A DNA stretch of 64,000 nt from Fistulifera solaris (lineage: Eukaryota), in contig AP026162.1 in the NCBI GenBank assembly GCA_030295235.1, positions 1,240,001 to 1,304,000 of the forward strand. The letters are read 5' to 3'. Positions 63,764 through 64,000 of the stretch are shown piece after piece. Below the pieces are notes generated by a model that worked only from the letters and a program-made list of their open reading frames with translations, made no database searches and had not been told where the DNA came from. Position 1 is the first letter of the stretch. Each line of letters begins with the position of its first letter. The position numbers and the translations under genes are program-made.

Positions 63764-64000
63764 GAAGATTGAGTGCTTAATGTAGGATCATGTCCTTCGA
63801 ACGTTTACATCCTCTCGTTTTATAGAAAATCATAACACAAGTTCACGTTTACTCTTATGTGCTGTGCTCAATCCCTGTAACAAAAACGATATCAGATCCG
63901 AGAATAAACGTTTCTGCGGAAGCTGATAGTTCGGCCGCTTGTCCACGCAGCGTTGGACCGAAGCCGTTGTATCCGAGAAATTTGGGGGAAATGGTCAAAC

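Overview
Gene-dense eukaryotic nuclear DNA from a diatom, probably pennate. The evidence is short GT-AG introns, bipartite ASAF-type plastid presequences, and a light-dependent POR. About 24 host genes are recognisable, including a RING+TPR protein, NOP9, CBP/p300, a DSP-like phosphatase, Aurora kinase, three EGF-repeat single-pass membrane proteins, a PX-BAR sorting nexin, POR, VAMP7, DnaJ, a DegT aminotransferase, AP-2 alpha, NOL10 and two tandem PGDH paralogues. Three intergenic tandem-repeat arrays are also present. Many genes carry single-base frameshifts that look like long-read assembly errors. The outstanding feature is 54788-61077: a head-to-tail dimer of a ~3.14-kb element delimited by three copies of the 6-bp direct repeat GAAGAC. 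Each unit encodes an intron-containing tyrosine recombinase (R-K-HxxR-H-Y) and carries an 11-7-11 end palindrome and GTGCAC subterminal motifs. This fits a Crypton-like transposon that moves via a circular intermediate. All calls are by eye from the sequence and the ORF track; no database searches were run.
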